A stretch of DNA of 57,435 nt from positions 1 to 57,435 of the forward strand of contig URKC01000001.1 of NCBI GenBank assembly GCA_900548295.1, in the 5' to 3' direction. A program made the translations under genes and the position numbers. The DNA is from an uncultured Collinsella sp. GTDB lineage: Bacteria > Actinomycetota > Coriobacteriia > Coriobacteriales > Coriobacteriaceae. Below the pieces are notes generated by a model that searched no databases, had not been told where the DNA came from, and was given only the letters and a program-made list of their open reading frames with translations. This document shows positions 37,688 to 47,900 of this stretch, in pieces; position 1 is the first letter of the stretch; every line of letters starts with the position of its first letter.

Positions 37688-38599
37688 CTAGGCCGCGAGG
37701 GCCTGATTCCGGAACTCCTCCGGGGTCAGGCCCTTCAATCTTACCTGCCTCCGGCTCGTGTTCCAGTGGACTATGTATTCCTCCAGGTCGCGTTTGAAAT
37801 CCTCGAACGTCTCCCACTCGCGGCCCCGGTAGAACTCGTCCTTGACGTGGCCGAAGAGCTGCTCGGTGGCGGCGTTGTCGATGCAGTTCGCCTTCCTGGA
37901 CATGCTCTGGACGATGCCGGCGGCCTCGAGCCTGGATGTGTACGAGGCGTGCTGGTACTGCCAGCCCCGGTCCGAGTGCATGGTCGGGGCGGCGCCCTCG
38001 GGGATCTTGGACAGCAGCTCGTCGAGCATCCTGACCTGCTGGGCCATGTCGGGCGTGGTCGATATGTCGCTCGCCACAATCTCCTTGGTGCAGAAGTCCA
38101 GCGTCGGGGCCCAGTAGGCCTTGCCGCCCGCCACCTTGAACTCGGTGACGTCCGTCCCCAGCTTCCGCCACGGGGCCCCGGCGTCGAAATCCCTCGCGAT
38201 CACGTTCTCGAACGTCCTGCCGAGGACGCCCCTGTACGAGTTGTACCTGTGGTAGGCCGTCTCGCGTCTGATACCGCAGCGAATCCACATCTCGCGCATC
38301 ATCTCGAGCACGGTCTTGTCGGCTATCACGGCCCCCTCTTCCGCCCTGAGGCACATCGCTATCTGCCGGTGCCCGCAGCCGTTGGCGGTGCGCGAGAAGA
38401 TCTCGGCGGCCGCCTCCCAGAGCTCGGGGCGCGTGGGCCTCGGCGGGTGCGCGAGGGCGTAGTAGTAGGTCGACCGCTTGAGCTCGGCGCATGCGAGCAG
38501 GTGCCCGAGCGCGTGCCCCTCGGCGCGCAGGGCCGCGACCGCTTCGGCCTTCGCCCTGGTCAGAGCCCGTCCCTCTCGACCAGGGCGCGTAATTTTTTT
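37688..38599 (-). CDS. IS3 OrfB DDE transposase domain, expressed by -1 frameshift from OrfA
   Basis: TDVTEF, HSDRGWQY, SMSRKANCIDNAATE; A7 slippery site (T7 at 38593-38599 on +); lies in the -1 frame relative to OrfA. Confidence 0.88.
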   Translation of the reverse strand, partial: KKITRPGREGRALTRAKAEAVAALRAEGHALGHLLACAELKRSTYYYALAHPPRPTRPELWEAAAEIFSRTANGCGHRQIAMCLRAEEGAVIADKTVLEMMREMWIRCGIRRETAYHRYNSYRGVLGRTFENVIARDFDAGAPWRKLGTDVTEFKVAGGKAYWAPTLDFCTKEIVASDISTTPDMAQQVRMLDELLSKIPEGAAPTMHSDRGWQYQHASYTSRLEAAGIVQSMSRKANCIDNAATEQLFGHVKDEFYRGREWETFEDFKRDLEEYIVHWNTSRRQVRLKGLTPEEFRNQALAA

Positions 38600-39051
38600 A
38601 GGTAGGCCACCTCGGCCTCGAGCCTACGGCACCGCTCCTCGAGCTCCTCCTCGCGGGTCCGCGGCCTCGCCCTGGAACCCTTCGGCCGGCCCTTGGGCCT
38701 CGGGCGCAGGGCCTCCGCGCCGCCCCGGCGGTATAGCGCGCACCACTTCTTGAGCGGCGACATCGACATTATGCCGAACGTCGCCATCGCCTCGGTCTTC
38801 GTCATGCCGCCGTCGACGACGGCGGAGGCGGCGGCGACCTTCTGCTCGTATGTGTACCTGCCCAGCTTTCCGTCCATGCGCAGCAGCACCTCGCTCCCGA
38901 ATGCGCGGTATATCTCCTGCCATCTTCTCACGGCTTCCACGGGAAGCGAAAGGGCGATCGCGGCAGATTTATACCCGTGCCCGAGCTCGAAGAGCCCTAT
39001 GGCCGCCTTCCTGGCCTCGACATCATGCTTCACTCTCAAATCAACGCGCAT
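38560..39051 (-). CDS. IS3 OrfA (HTH)
   Basis: Two HTH-like repeats; C-terminal LEAEVAYLKKL. Confidence 0.88.
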   Translation of the reverse strand: MRVDLRVKHDVEARKAAIGLFELGHGYKSAAIALSLPVEAVRRWQEIYRAFGSEVLLRMDGKLGRYTYEQKVAAASAVVDGGMTKTEAMATFGIMSMSPLKKWCALYRRGGAEALRPRPKGRPKGSRARPRTREEELEERCRRLEAEVAYLKKLRALVERDGL

Positions 39052-39236
39052 AAAGAAAGCCCCCCATTTCTCATGTCCAAGAAATGGGAGGCAGTTCAGC
39101 ACCGGGGAGGGCTTTCGCCTATCTGGGGGACGGATCGCCAGCATCCTATTCCTCAAAATCGAAATATTTTCAATTTTGAGGAATAGGACCGGTGCGTTGC
39201 CCAATTCGCCGCTCGCGCTCGACTTAAGCCACTGTC

Positions 39237-40010
39237 CTACGCCAGCTCCTGCATGCGGCGGTAGATTTCGCAGATGCCCTTGATGGTGAGTTGGCCGTCT
39301 ACCACGTCGAAGGCATCGGTCGAATCGGCGACGATGCCGGCGAGACCGCCCGTGGCGATAACGGTGGCATCCTCGCGGCCCAGCTCGCGCTTCATGCGCG
39401 CGACCAGGCCCTCGGCCATGGCGGCAGCGCCCACCACGGCGCCGACCTTAATGCACTCCTCGGTATCGCGGCCGATGGCGTGTTCGGGCGCCTCGAGCGG
39501 CACGCTGGCGAGCTTGGCGGCACGGGCGGCAAGCGCGTCCATGGAGATGCGGATGCCCGGCGCAATCGCCCCGCCAATGTAATAACCGTCCTCATCGATG
39601 ACGTCGATATTGGTCGCGGTGCCAAAGTCCACCACGATTGCCGGCGCGCCGTAGAAAGTCTCGGCCGCAACGGCGTTGGCGACGCGGTCGGCGCCCACGG
39701 CCTGGGGGCGCGCCGCGCGCAGCTTGGTCACGGCGGCCGTCTGCGGCCCGATGACGATGGCGTCTGCGGCAATGCGGTCGGCCACGGCGCGCCACTCGCG
39801 CGAGAGCTGCGGCACCACGCCCGCAAAGGCGATCGCGTCGACCGCGCCGAGCGAGAGGTCGTACATCTTAAAGAAGCCCATCAGGCGCACGTGGATCTCG
39901 TCGGCGGTATAGGAGCGGTCGGTGGGCATACGCCACGACTGCACCAGCTCGTCTCCGTCAAACAGGCCCATGGCCGTCTGCGTATTTCCCATATCGATAG
40001 CGAGCAGCAT
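39237..40010 (-). CDS. coaX: Type III pantothenate kinase
   Basis: LLAIDMGNT, VGADR, VDFGTAT, GGAIAPG, ATGG; ATG at 40010. Confidence 0.95.
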   Translation of the reverse strand: MLLAIDMGNTQTAMGLFDGDELVQSWRMPTDRSYTADEIHVRLMGFFKMYDLSLGAVDAIAFAGVVPQLSREWRAVADRIAADAIVIGPQTAAVTKLRAARPQAVGADRVANAVAAETFYGAPAIVVDFGTATNIDVIDEDGYYIGGAIAPGIRISMDALAARAAKLASVPLEAPEHAIGRDTEECIKVGAVVGAAAMAEGLVARMKRELGREDATVIATGGLAGIVADSTDAFDVVDGQLTIKGICEIYRRMQELA

Positions 40011-40206
40011 GTCTACTCCCGGTGTTGGCATAAAAGGACGCGCACCATTGTATACGTGCCGTCGACGGCGCTCGGCTGCGATTCGTTTACGGTGATAGGG
40101 GCTGAGGGGTTTAAATATGAAGAAATTATGCTCTACGAGATTTTCCTTGCCGTTTACCGAACTCCCGCGTAATATTCTTTTTTGCGCACATGAGGCGCCC
40201 AGACAT

Positions 40207-40283
40207 TGCGGGGTGGAGCAGTCTGGTAGCTCGCCGGGCTCATAACCCGGAGGTCGTAGGTTCAAATCCTGCCCCCGCGACCA
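40207..40283 (+). tRNA. tRNA-Met(CAT), initiator type
   Basis: Cloverleaf; anticodon stem CCGGG-CTCATAA-CCCGG with three consecutive G-C pairs; GTTCAAATC T-loop; encoded CCA. Confidence 0.95.
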
Positions 40284-40292
40284 AGAAGTTAG

Positions 40293-40323
40293 AGGTCAGC
40301 CGCTTAGTCGGCTGGCCTTTTTT
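40293..40323 (+). terminator. Terminator after tRNA
   Basis: AGGTCAGCCG / CGGCTGGCCT followed by a T run. Confidence 0.7.
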
Positions 40324-40392
40324 CTTGTTGTGGCAGCCCTTTTTAGGGCTTGTGGCAGAATTGTGGCAGTAAACCATGGCAAACAATGAGAA

Positions 40393-41608
40393 TCAGGCAG
40401 CGGGAAGCAGGCCGAAGATGTCCTTCGGCAGCGCGGCTAACTCGCCCCACTTCTCCGAAGACCCGCCGTCGTCTCCCGGCAGGAAGTGCGAGTAGGTCTT
40501 GTAGGTGATCTCGATGCTCTCGTGGCCCAAACGGGCGGAGACGTACTGTATCGAGACGCCCTTTTTCAGGAGAAGGCTGGCGTGCGTGTGGCGCAGGCCG
40601 TGCAACGTGACCGCGAATGACTTGTGCCGGGCGAAGCGGCTAAAGTCGCTCGTGAATTTCGACGGGCGGTAGAGCTCGCCGAGGTCACTGCAGAACACGG
40701 GGGTGTCCTCGCCCTGCTCGATGTCGTTGTACATCAGGCGATAGAGCTGCATCTGCTTGTGATGGCGCAGGAATTCGACCGTCCCCTCGGGGATGGTGAC
40801 GTCCCTGTTCGAGCGGTTGCTCTTGGGCAGCTTCTCCTCCAGGGTCTCGCCGCAGTAGGTGTCCGTCGCGCGCCTCGGCGAGCGCTCGGCGGACGCGGAT
40901 GACGCCTCCATCGAGGTCGACGTCGCGCCACCTGAGGGCGCACAGCTCGCCGCGTCTCATACCCGTGTCGAGCGCGAGGTTTGTGGCGGCTGCGAAGCGG
41001 TAGTCCGGGCATCCGAGCAGGGCAATTTTCATGCGGGATACCTCGTTTTCATCGATGACTCGAACCTCCTTCTTCTCCTTGGACGGGACGTCCACAAGCT
41101 CGCAGGGGTTGGACTCGATGTATTCGAGGCGGCGGGCGCGTTTGAGCGCGGTCTTCAGGAACGAAAGGGCTTTCTGACAGGTGTTGCCAGAGAGGGGCTT
41201 GCCGTTGAGGCCGCCGCTTTGGCGCATCCATGCCAGCTGATCCTCGATCATGTAGGGCTTCAAGTCTTTTAGCAGGGTCGTGCCGAGTCTCGGTACCCAG
41301 CGCGTCTCGACGATGTCGCGGTAACCGCGAATCGTGTTGGCGCTCAGGTGCTTCACGTCGTGCAGGTAGGTGACGTGCTCGCGCAGGAACTCCTCAAGGG
41401 TTTTGTTGGAGCGGTCCATGCGCGTGCGGGCCGTCATGAGCTCGACGCGCCACTCCTCTAGCAGGCGCTTTGCCTCGGTCTTGGTGCGGCAGTGGACGGT
41501 CTTGTTCAAGCGCTTAGAGGACTTGCCGTCCTCGCTCACGCTGACCCTGAGCAGCCAGGAGTCCTTGCCGCGCTTCACGGGGTCGTAGCCTTTGCTGACT
41601 GTTCTCAT
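40393..41608 (-). pseudogene. Tyrosine integrase, frameshifted near 40865
   Basis: N-terminal part (GMRRGEL) in ORF 40685..41617; C-terminal part (PKS, LHGLRH, RLGH, TYSH) in ORF 40393..40911; ATG 41608 after AGGAGG. Confidence 0.85.
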
Positions 41609-41652
41609 GGTTTTCACCTCCTTTCGGTGCGTTGGTGGCTGACGGTGCTATC

Positions 41653-42900
41653 TCAAACCGATTGCTCGGTAATGAGCCCCTGGGATTTCTTCTTGCTGTA
41701 GGCGTTGGCGCAGCTGCGCTTGCAGAAGCGAGTCTTCTGAATCACCCTGCCCGGCTTCTCCTCGCGGTATTTCTTGAAGATTCGTCCGCAGTTATCGCAG
41801 GTGCGCCATTCGGCGGGGTCGTCGTAGAGGAGGCCGAACTGGGAGATGATCGCCTCGGAGAGGGAACCGTAGGAATGTATGCCCGTCGGACTTCGGTGAG
41901 TTTTTTTAAGCGCGTGGGACCAAGCGGCGAGGGGTCCACCGCTGTCGCCTTCGGCTTCATCGGGAGTTTCGCCTGTCCCATCAAAGCGATAAGAGAGGAG
42001 AGAGTTCGCTAGGAAGGAGATTGCAGTGTTTGATGCGATCACCAGTCCATCCGCAAGAGTTGATGTATAGCTTTCTCGTGTGTTGAAGCCCGCATCTTCA
42101 CCTTGCTGCACCATCGACTTGAACTCTGGACTCTCGAGAATGAGCGAATCGTATGACTTAAGGCGAGTGTTATCCAATAGAGCGTCGCTGTTGGAGAGAA
42201 GGAAAAAGCTAATGCCGCTCTGTGCCATGTGCGAGCGGTCACAAAGGTAATCGGCGACATCGTCGGCACCCCAGGTGTCGGTGTTTTCCAAGCCATATGC
42301 AACGGCGGTAATCAAGGCGGTCGATACCTGGAGGGCCCGTATCGTCTGAATTACCTCCGCTTCGGAAATAGCTCCCACGACCGAGCGGTCATCTAGATGG
42401 ATACGGCGAGCTTCCTCGGAGAGAAAGTACGGCCTGCGTCCCAGTAGCGTTTCGTCGTCTCCTGAGTAGGCGCTACTGAACAAGGGGATGCCTGCGGCGG
42501 ATGCGCTCTCGCTTGCCAGAATGCCCCATTCGCTCCTGAACGGCTGAAAGTCTGTCTTGAGGAGTTTGAAACGGTTGCGGAAAAGAGAAAGACGCTGAGC
42601 GCCGTCGTAGCCGCTGGAAACGGGGAAGCCGTAACGCTCACAGAAACGAACGATGCTCTCCGTGCGCTCGACGTTGACCTTCTGAAGGCTGCTTGCGAAG
42701 AACTCGTTTTCCAGATGCTCGAATTGCATAACAGTGGGTTTGCCATGTTCGACATAGTATGCGAAACGCTCGCCATCGGTGCTGGTTCCCCACAGCCGGT
42801 CAAAGTTGTAGCGCAACCACGGTCTTGCAGCATTGACTTCGAGCTTGATGGGCTGGCGAAGCGACAGGGGCAGGCGTTCATAGTTAACTAATGGACTCAA
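41653..42900 (-). CDS. Hypothetical protein with C-terminal Zn-finger-like motif
   Basis: 415-aa ORF; CDNCGRIF...RFCKRSC. Confidence 0.65.
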   Translation of the reverse strand: MSPLVNYERLPLSLRQPIKLEVNAARPWLRYNFDRLWGTSTDGERFAYYVEHGKPTVMQFEHLENEFFASSLQKVNVERTESIVRFCERYGFPVSSGYDGAQRLSLFRNRFKLLKTDFQPFRSEWGILASESASAAGIPLFSSAYSGDDETLLGRRPYFLSEEARRIHLDDRSVVGAISEAEVIQTIRALQVSTALITAVAYGLENTDTWGADDVADYLCDRSHMAQSGISFFLLSNSDALLDNTRLKSYDSLILESPEFKSMVQQGEDAGFNTRESYTSTLADGLVIASNTAISFLANSLLSYRFDGTGETPDEAEGDSGGPLAAWSHALKKTHRSPTGIHSYGSLSEAIISQFGLLYDDPAEWRTCDNCGRIFKKYREEKPGRVIQKTRFCKRSCANAYSKKKSQGLITEQSV

Positions 42901-42988
42901 AATCTAATCCAATCCAACTATTGACTTTCATTTCTCATTCATGGTATCACAAAATGGATGGAAAAGGAACACCAATCCATTCTAGGAG

Positions 42989-43210
42989 ATGCTAATGGAC
43001 TGCTTTGATCATCGAGAGTTTTGTCTCCCTGACGTGTTGCACGTAGTCGATGTTGCAAAATTTCTGGGCCTTCACGAGAAGACGGTCTATTTGTACGTTC
43101 GTGAAGGCAAGATTCGCGCTATCCGCTGTGGGCGAAGTTATCGCATTCGCCGTGAGTGGGTCGAGGAGTACATTCGCTCCGCGAGCCCCAAGGACTCCGA
43201 CGTAGACTAG
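42989..43210 (+). CDS. Excisionase-like HTH DNA-binding protein
   Basis: LHVVDVAKFLGLHEKTVYLYVREGKIRAIRCGRSYRI; RBS AGGAG. Confidence 0.85.
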   Translation: MLMDCFDHREFCLPDVLHVVDVAKFLGLHEKTVYLYVREGKIRAIRCGRSYRIRREWVEEYIRSASPKDSDVD

Positions 43211-43223
43211 CGGGGAGAAGACC

Positions 43224-43712
43224 ATGAAAGATCTGTTCACGCCTAATTTCGAGGGCGATGCCGATGCGGTTGCTCCAAAGCTCGCCAAGCTCAGGGGAAG
43301 TTCTGTAGCGATCTATTTTTGGCTTCATTCACGTGCTTTTGCTTGTGGAAACAAGGTCGGAGTAAGCCAGCGTTGGCTGTCTGAACGTTTGGGTTTATCT
43401 GTTCGCACTGTTCAGCGGGCGGTGGACGACCTTGAGAGTGAAGGTCTCATCAAGCACGCGCTCATACGAGGAGGAAGCGAATTCAGCATCTGTCGCCTGA
43501 CAACCTTGTCAGGTGACAGACCTGCCGCGAGCGTGACGACAAGCCTGTCACCCAGCGAAGGTTTTGACGCGCCAACATTGTCATCTCAAGCATGTCATCC
43601 GTGTCATCCAACAGAAAGGGGAAACATTGAATACACTCTCCACATTGGTGAGCGAGCAGACATCGAAGACCTTGCAGCCATTCTCGACAGAAGGGACCCA
43701 GAAAACCCCTGA
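43224..43712 (+). CDS. HTH protein, probable replication initiator
   Basis: SQRWLSERLGLSVRTVQRAVDDLESEGLI; precedes a DnaC/IstB-like ATPase. Confidence 0.65.
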   Translation: MKDLFTPNFEGDADAVAPKLAKLRGSSVAIYFWLHSRAFACGNKVGVSQRWLSERLGLSVRTVQRAVDDLESEGLIKHALIRGGSEFSICRLTTLSGDRPAASVTTSLSPSEGFDAPTLSSQACHPCHPTERGNIEYTLHIGERADIEDLAAILDRRDPENP

Positions 43713-44478
43713 GACCGAAGAGGCGAGTCTTCTTCAATCCCTGCTCGAGAAAGACGCAGAGCGTTTCGGCAGTCCTAATGTCATGTCAAAGCAGACGCTG
43801 GATTACTTGCGTGGTGCCGGACTAATGGGGTTGCCCAAGATGAAGCGCCGTCCTCCAGACTCCGGAGCGCTGTTGAGGGACAACGGCTTCTCGGAGCTTG
43901 TCTTGAGCGTCTTGTCGGATGAGAGTTTTGATCCGAGTCGTATCCCCGAGAAAGCGCTCGACTGGCTGTCTTCCTATCAAGGGAAGAAGACTCCCTCTCT
44001 TTGGGTGAGCGGCGGTAGTGGTTCAGGGAAAACGACATTGGCGTGTTGGCTGGCGAGGTCACTAGTAGAACGCTCATTGAAGGACGGCGCAGTGTTGGAT
44101 GTTACTTTTGTGCCTGTAGCTGACTTGGTTCGCGATACGTGGATGGGATCGAGCTACTACGGCGAAGAAAACAAGTGGCGTTCTATCCGGCCTCTGACGA
44201 ACTGCGGCCTGCTTGTGCTCGATGATTTGGGCACCTGCGTGAGGCGGGGCAAGGAAGAGTGCGCTGTCGTCAGGGAGGTGGTCGATAAACGCTACACCTC
44301 GATGTTGCCAACCATCTTTACGACTCAGTTCGGCCTCAGCGAGTACTGCACGATGTTGCGAAATGCGGGGGCCGATGAGCACGACGTGTCTTCCTTGAGA
44401 AACCGTGTTCTGGCGTCGATGAGCGGCTATATCAGGCAGGAGGCGGCGGCAATTGAGGCGAACCACGTCGCCATCTAA
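43627..44478 (+). CDS. DnaC/IstB-like AAA+ ATPase (helicase loader-like)
   Basis: GGSGSGKT Walker A, LLVLDDLG Walker B, RY..LPTIFTTQ; TTG at 43627 after GAAAGGGG. Confidence 0.8.
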   Translation: MNTLSTLVSEQTSKTLQPFSTEGTQKTPETEEASLLQSLLEKDAERFGSPNVMSKQTLDYLRGAGLMGLPKMKRRPPDSGALLRDNGFSELVLSVLSDESFDPSRIPEKALDWLSSYQGKKTPSLWVSGGSGSGKTTLACWLARSLVERSLKDGAVLDVTFVPVADLVRDTWMGSSYYGEENKWRSIRPLTNCGLLVLDDLGTCVRRGKEECAVVREVVDKRYTSMLPTIFTTQFGLSEYCTMLRNAGADEHDVSSLRNRVLASMSGYIRQEAAAIEANHVAI

Positions 44479-44945
44479 ACCATGAAAGGCTTAGGCGGAA
44501 ATACGGCCGAGGGCTGAATCGAACTATTTAAACTGCAAAACTATGGAGGTTGCCCATCGCGAGCGTGCCGTCGTCCTGCGACGTCGGCGCCGACGTATCC
44601 ACCAGCACCACCACGAAGCGGACGGGCCGGCGGCTGCGGCGGGCGAGCAGGGACTCGTAGGCATCCATGGGAGCCTACCCAGGACGGGTCGCGTCGCCGC
44701 ATGGGGAAAGGTGCGGCGGCAACGAGGCGTGAACGTTAACACGCACAAGATAACCCCCCCCGCCGACAGTAATGAATCAATAAACTGTAATCGCCGAGAT
44801 ATCGATTTTTCGACGACTCCTAAGAAATGCTTCGGTAGACTAAAGTAAGAGTTCCGCAATCTCGTTTTTTTGTTGCCTTACGCATCGAGGAATGCAAGAA
44901 TTTACAAACTGTAATTAACAGCCGTCTTACAGTTGGGGGAGAACA

Positions 44946-47900
44946 TGCGGGCGAAACGAGCTGTCGCGATAGCGCTGACCGGACTCATGCTGTTTGAAGC
45001 ATCGCCGGTGCCCCAGATCTCCCAGGCGCTGACCATCCAGAACGCCGCCGCTGTCCGCCAGCTGATGAGCACCCTCACCGCTTCGACCGCGTATGCCGAT
45101 ACCTCCGAAAACGCGGGGGGGGGACGCTCCAGGTAGACACCGCTGCAAGCACCGAGGCCAGCGGAGCCGATGCCGCGGATTCGTCCGCCGCGACCGGCTC
45201 CGGTGCCTCAGCGGATAGCGTCTCCAACGCCGATGTCACCGCGGATGCCGACGCCCCCGCAACCACGAGCGACGCCGCGACCGCCGATGCCCCCGCTCCC
45301 GCGGACGCCATCACGGCAACCAACCAGCCCACCGCTCAGCCCGCCGCCCAAACCGCCACGGACGCCGCCGTCGAAGACGCCGCCCAGGACCTGGCGCAGC
45401 TCGCCGGCCGCGACTTCCAAGGCCAGGTCACCAAAACCATCAACGGCAAGACCTATATCCTGATTGGCAACGAGCAGCAGCTGCGCGCGATAGGCTCGGG
45501 CAAGAAGGTCACACGTCCGGTCTGGGAGATCACGCAGGAGTACCGGAAGACGGGCTTGATTGAAGGCGGCTGGGTCGATGTCGAGGGCTCCAAAACCGAG
45601 ATTTACGCGGGTGACGCGGACCTTTCCGCGACCTTCAAATTGGACGAGGGATCGAGCGAGAAATCGGATGAGCTGGGTGTCAGCCTTGCGGGTCACACTC
45701 GCAAACGCTACGTGACCCTTGACGACTATGGCAACGAGGTCAAGGCCGACGGCAACGCGACAAGCTCGACGCTGACCTACGCCGCCGACGCCAACTACAT
45801 AATCTTCCGAAACATCGACGTGGGCTCCGACGCGGCCAGCGGCACCTCATCCAACGCGACCTGGACCCCGCTCATGTTCAGTGGCACCATGCTCGGCGCG
45901 GCGACCACCACCGACGCCGCTAAGACCGCCGGCGCGCTCTGGTCCACCATTAACGCCGACGGCATCTCCACCAACGACACTGCCCAGCGTCCCGTCATCT
46001 CCAATGTAAACGTCACTCAGACTGGCAAGCTCGATGTCTCCAGCCACACGGGCATCGGATTCTTCGGCACCGTTTCGCACAAGCTCAGCGAAACCAATCC
46101 GTTTACCGGGTCCGCTACACCCGCATACGTGAACAACATCAAGCTTCGGGACGTCTCTGTTACTAACGAATCCACCAAGGTCAAGGTCGATCAGACGCTC
46201 ATCAGCTCACTCCTCGGCGTACTCGGCACCGTGGTGGGCGGCCTCGTCAGCACCCTGTTGAAGATTCTTACACTCGGCAAGGTTGACCTCAGTGGCCTTA
46301 TTGAGTCCCTGTTGAACGTTCGCGCCGCCGATCCCTCTTCGCTCGCCACGGGTGCCTTCGCCGGGCGCATCGTGGGTGAGGTCACGGTCGACAAATGCGA
46401 GGTCGAGGGCGCGAGCGTGTCGAGTGCGGCGGACATGACGGGCGGCTTCGCAGGCTACGTTAAGGGAGAGGTCAAGTGCGATATCCTCTCCGATGCGCTG
46501 GGCGACATCGTCAAGCTCCTGACAAACATCCTGAACCTCATCCCTGGCCTAGGCCTGGGCGACCTCATCACCCTGCTGCTCAACAACAACATCATCAAGG
46601 CGAGCCAGCTGCTCCCCGTGGCCTACTACAACCCCACGATCTCGAAATCGGGCGTCGTAAACTTCGCCAGCGGCACCGTCCTGGGCTCCGCTGGCAAGAA
46701 CTACGCTGGCGGCTTCGCGGGCGTGCAGGCCGGTACCATCGTCACCGACGCCTATATACAGAGTGACGTCGCCTACACCGTGCGCGCCAAGGCATACGCC
46801 GGCGGCTTTGCGGGCGTCATCCGCGACGACGTGATGGAGGGCGCGCTCTCCGATTTGGGCGTAGACCTGCCCAACCTCGCGAGGCTTGCCATCCCGCAGA
46901 GCATCGTCGCGACCTCCTCGCTTGCTGCGGACGTCACGGTTGAGGGTGGCTCGTATGCCGGCGGCTTTGCGGGCGCCATGGCGGGCAGCCACGCGGTGAA
47001 CGATAGCCTTACGGGTGCGGTCAACGTCACGGCCTCGGGCATTCAGGACGGCACGGCCGACATGCTCGCCTACGCGGGCGGCTTCACCGGTGCCGCGACG
47101 CTCGGCTGGGCGACGGACCTCGGCGCGGGCGACTACAAGAACACGAATCTGCTGAATGGTGTGGGCGGCCTGTTGAAGGGCCTGCTCGACTCGAACAATC
47201 AGAGCGAGGCGAACACCCTCCTTTCCCTCGCGGGCTTGAGCGAGTCCGAGATCCTGGGTGCGCAGGTGTCTGGCTCCCTCACGGTGTCCTCGGCCAACGA
47301 TTACGCCGGCGGCATGGTAGGACGCGGTACGGGCACGGTCATCGCGAACTCCGATACGGCGCACGTGGGCGGCCTCGCTTTCTACAAGCAGGGTAAGCTC
47401 GACGCCACCGCGGTCGACAGCCGTACCACCTTGCTCGCCGGTCTTGGCTCCGTCACGGCCGAGGGCAGCTACGCCGGCGGCATCGCGGGCATGCTTGTCC
47501 CCGGTGCCGTGGCGGCGCTGCTGAACGATACCCTCGGCTTGGGTGCGATTGGCCAGAAGCTCGGCGACGGCCAGTTCAAGATGTTCGAGGTCTCGAACGT
47601 GACGGTTGCGGGCGCCACGGACGGTGCGACCGTCTCCGTGGACGGGTGCTACGCTGGCGGCGCCATCGGCTGCGCGACTGGCGGCGACGTGGACGCCACG
47701 ACCCTCACCGGCGTGAAGCGGGTCGAGGCCAAGGGCGAGGCCGGCGGCTTCATCGGCTTTTCCGGCCCGAGCGACGCGGCCGACGTGGGCGGCCTCGACG
47801 TCCTCGGCCTCATCAAGGTCTCGGGCCTGCTCTCGGTGGCCAAGTATTCGGCGGTCGAGGTGACCGACAGTTCCGTTGCGGGCGTCACAGCCGGCATGAC

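Larger units (their letters stand above)
37650..39098 (-). mobile_element. IS3-family (IS150-like) insertion sequence, 1449 bp
   Basis: Terminal IRs TGAACTGCGTCCCAAATCTTGGAC / GTCCAAGAAATGGGAGGCAGTTCA (21/24), TG..CA ends, 3-bp target duplication GCA (37647-37649, 39099-39101). Confidence 0.93.

Noticed and set aside
39052..39204. Longer IS OrfA start
   Set aside because: Extends beyond the IS terminal repeat at 39098
40011..40265. N-terminal extension of coaX and small ORF 40190..40372
   Set aside because: Both overlap the tRNA gene; the CoaX motif starts at 40010
40284..44478. Complete prophage
   Set aside because: No structural, packaging or lysis genes in the window
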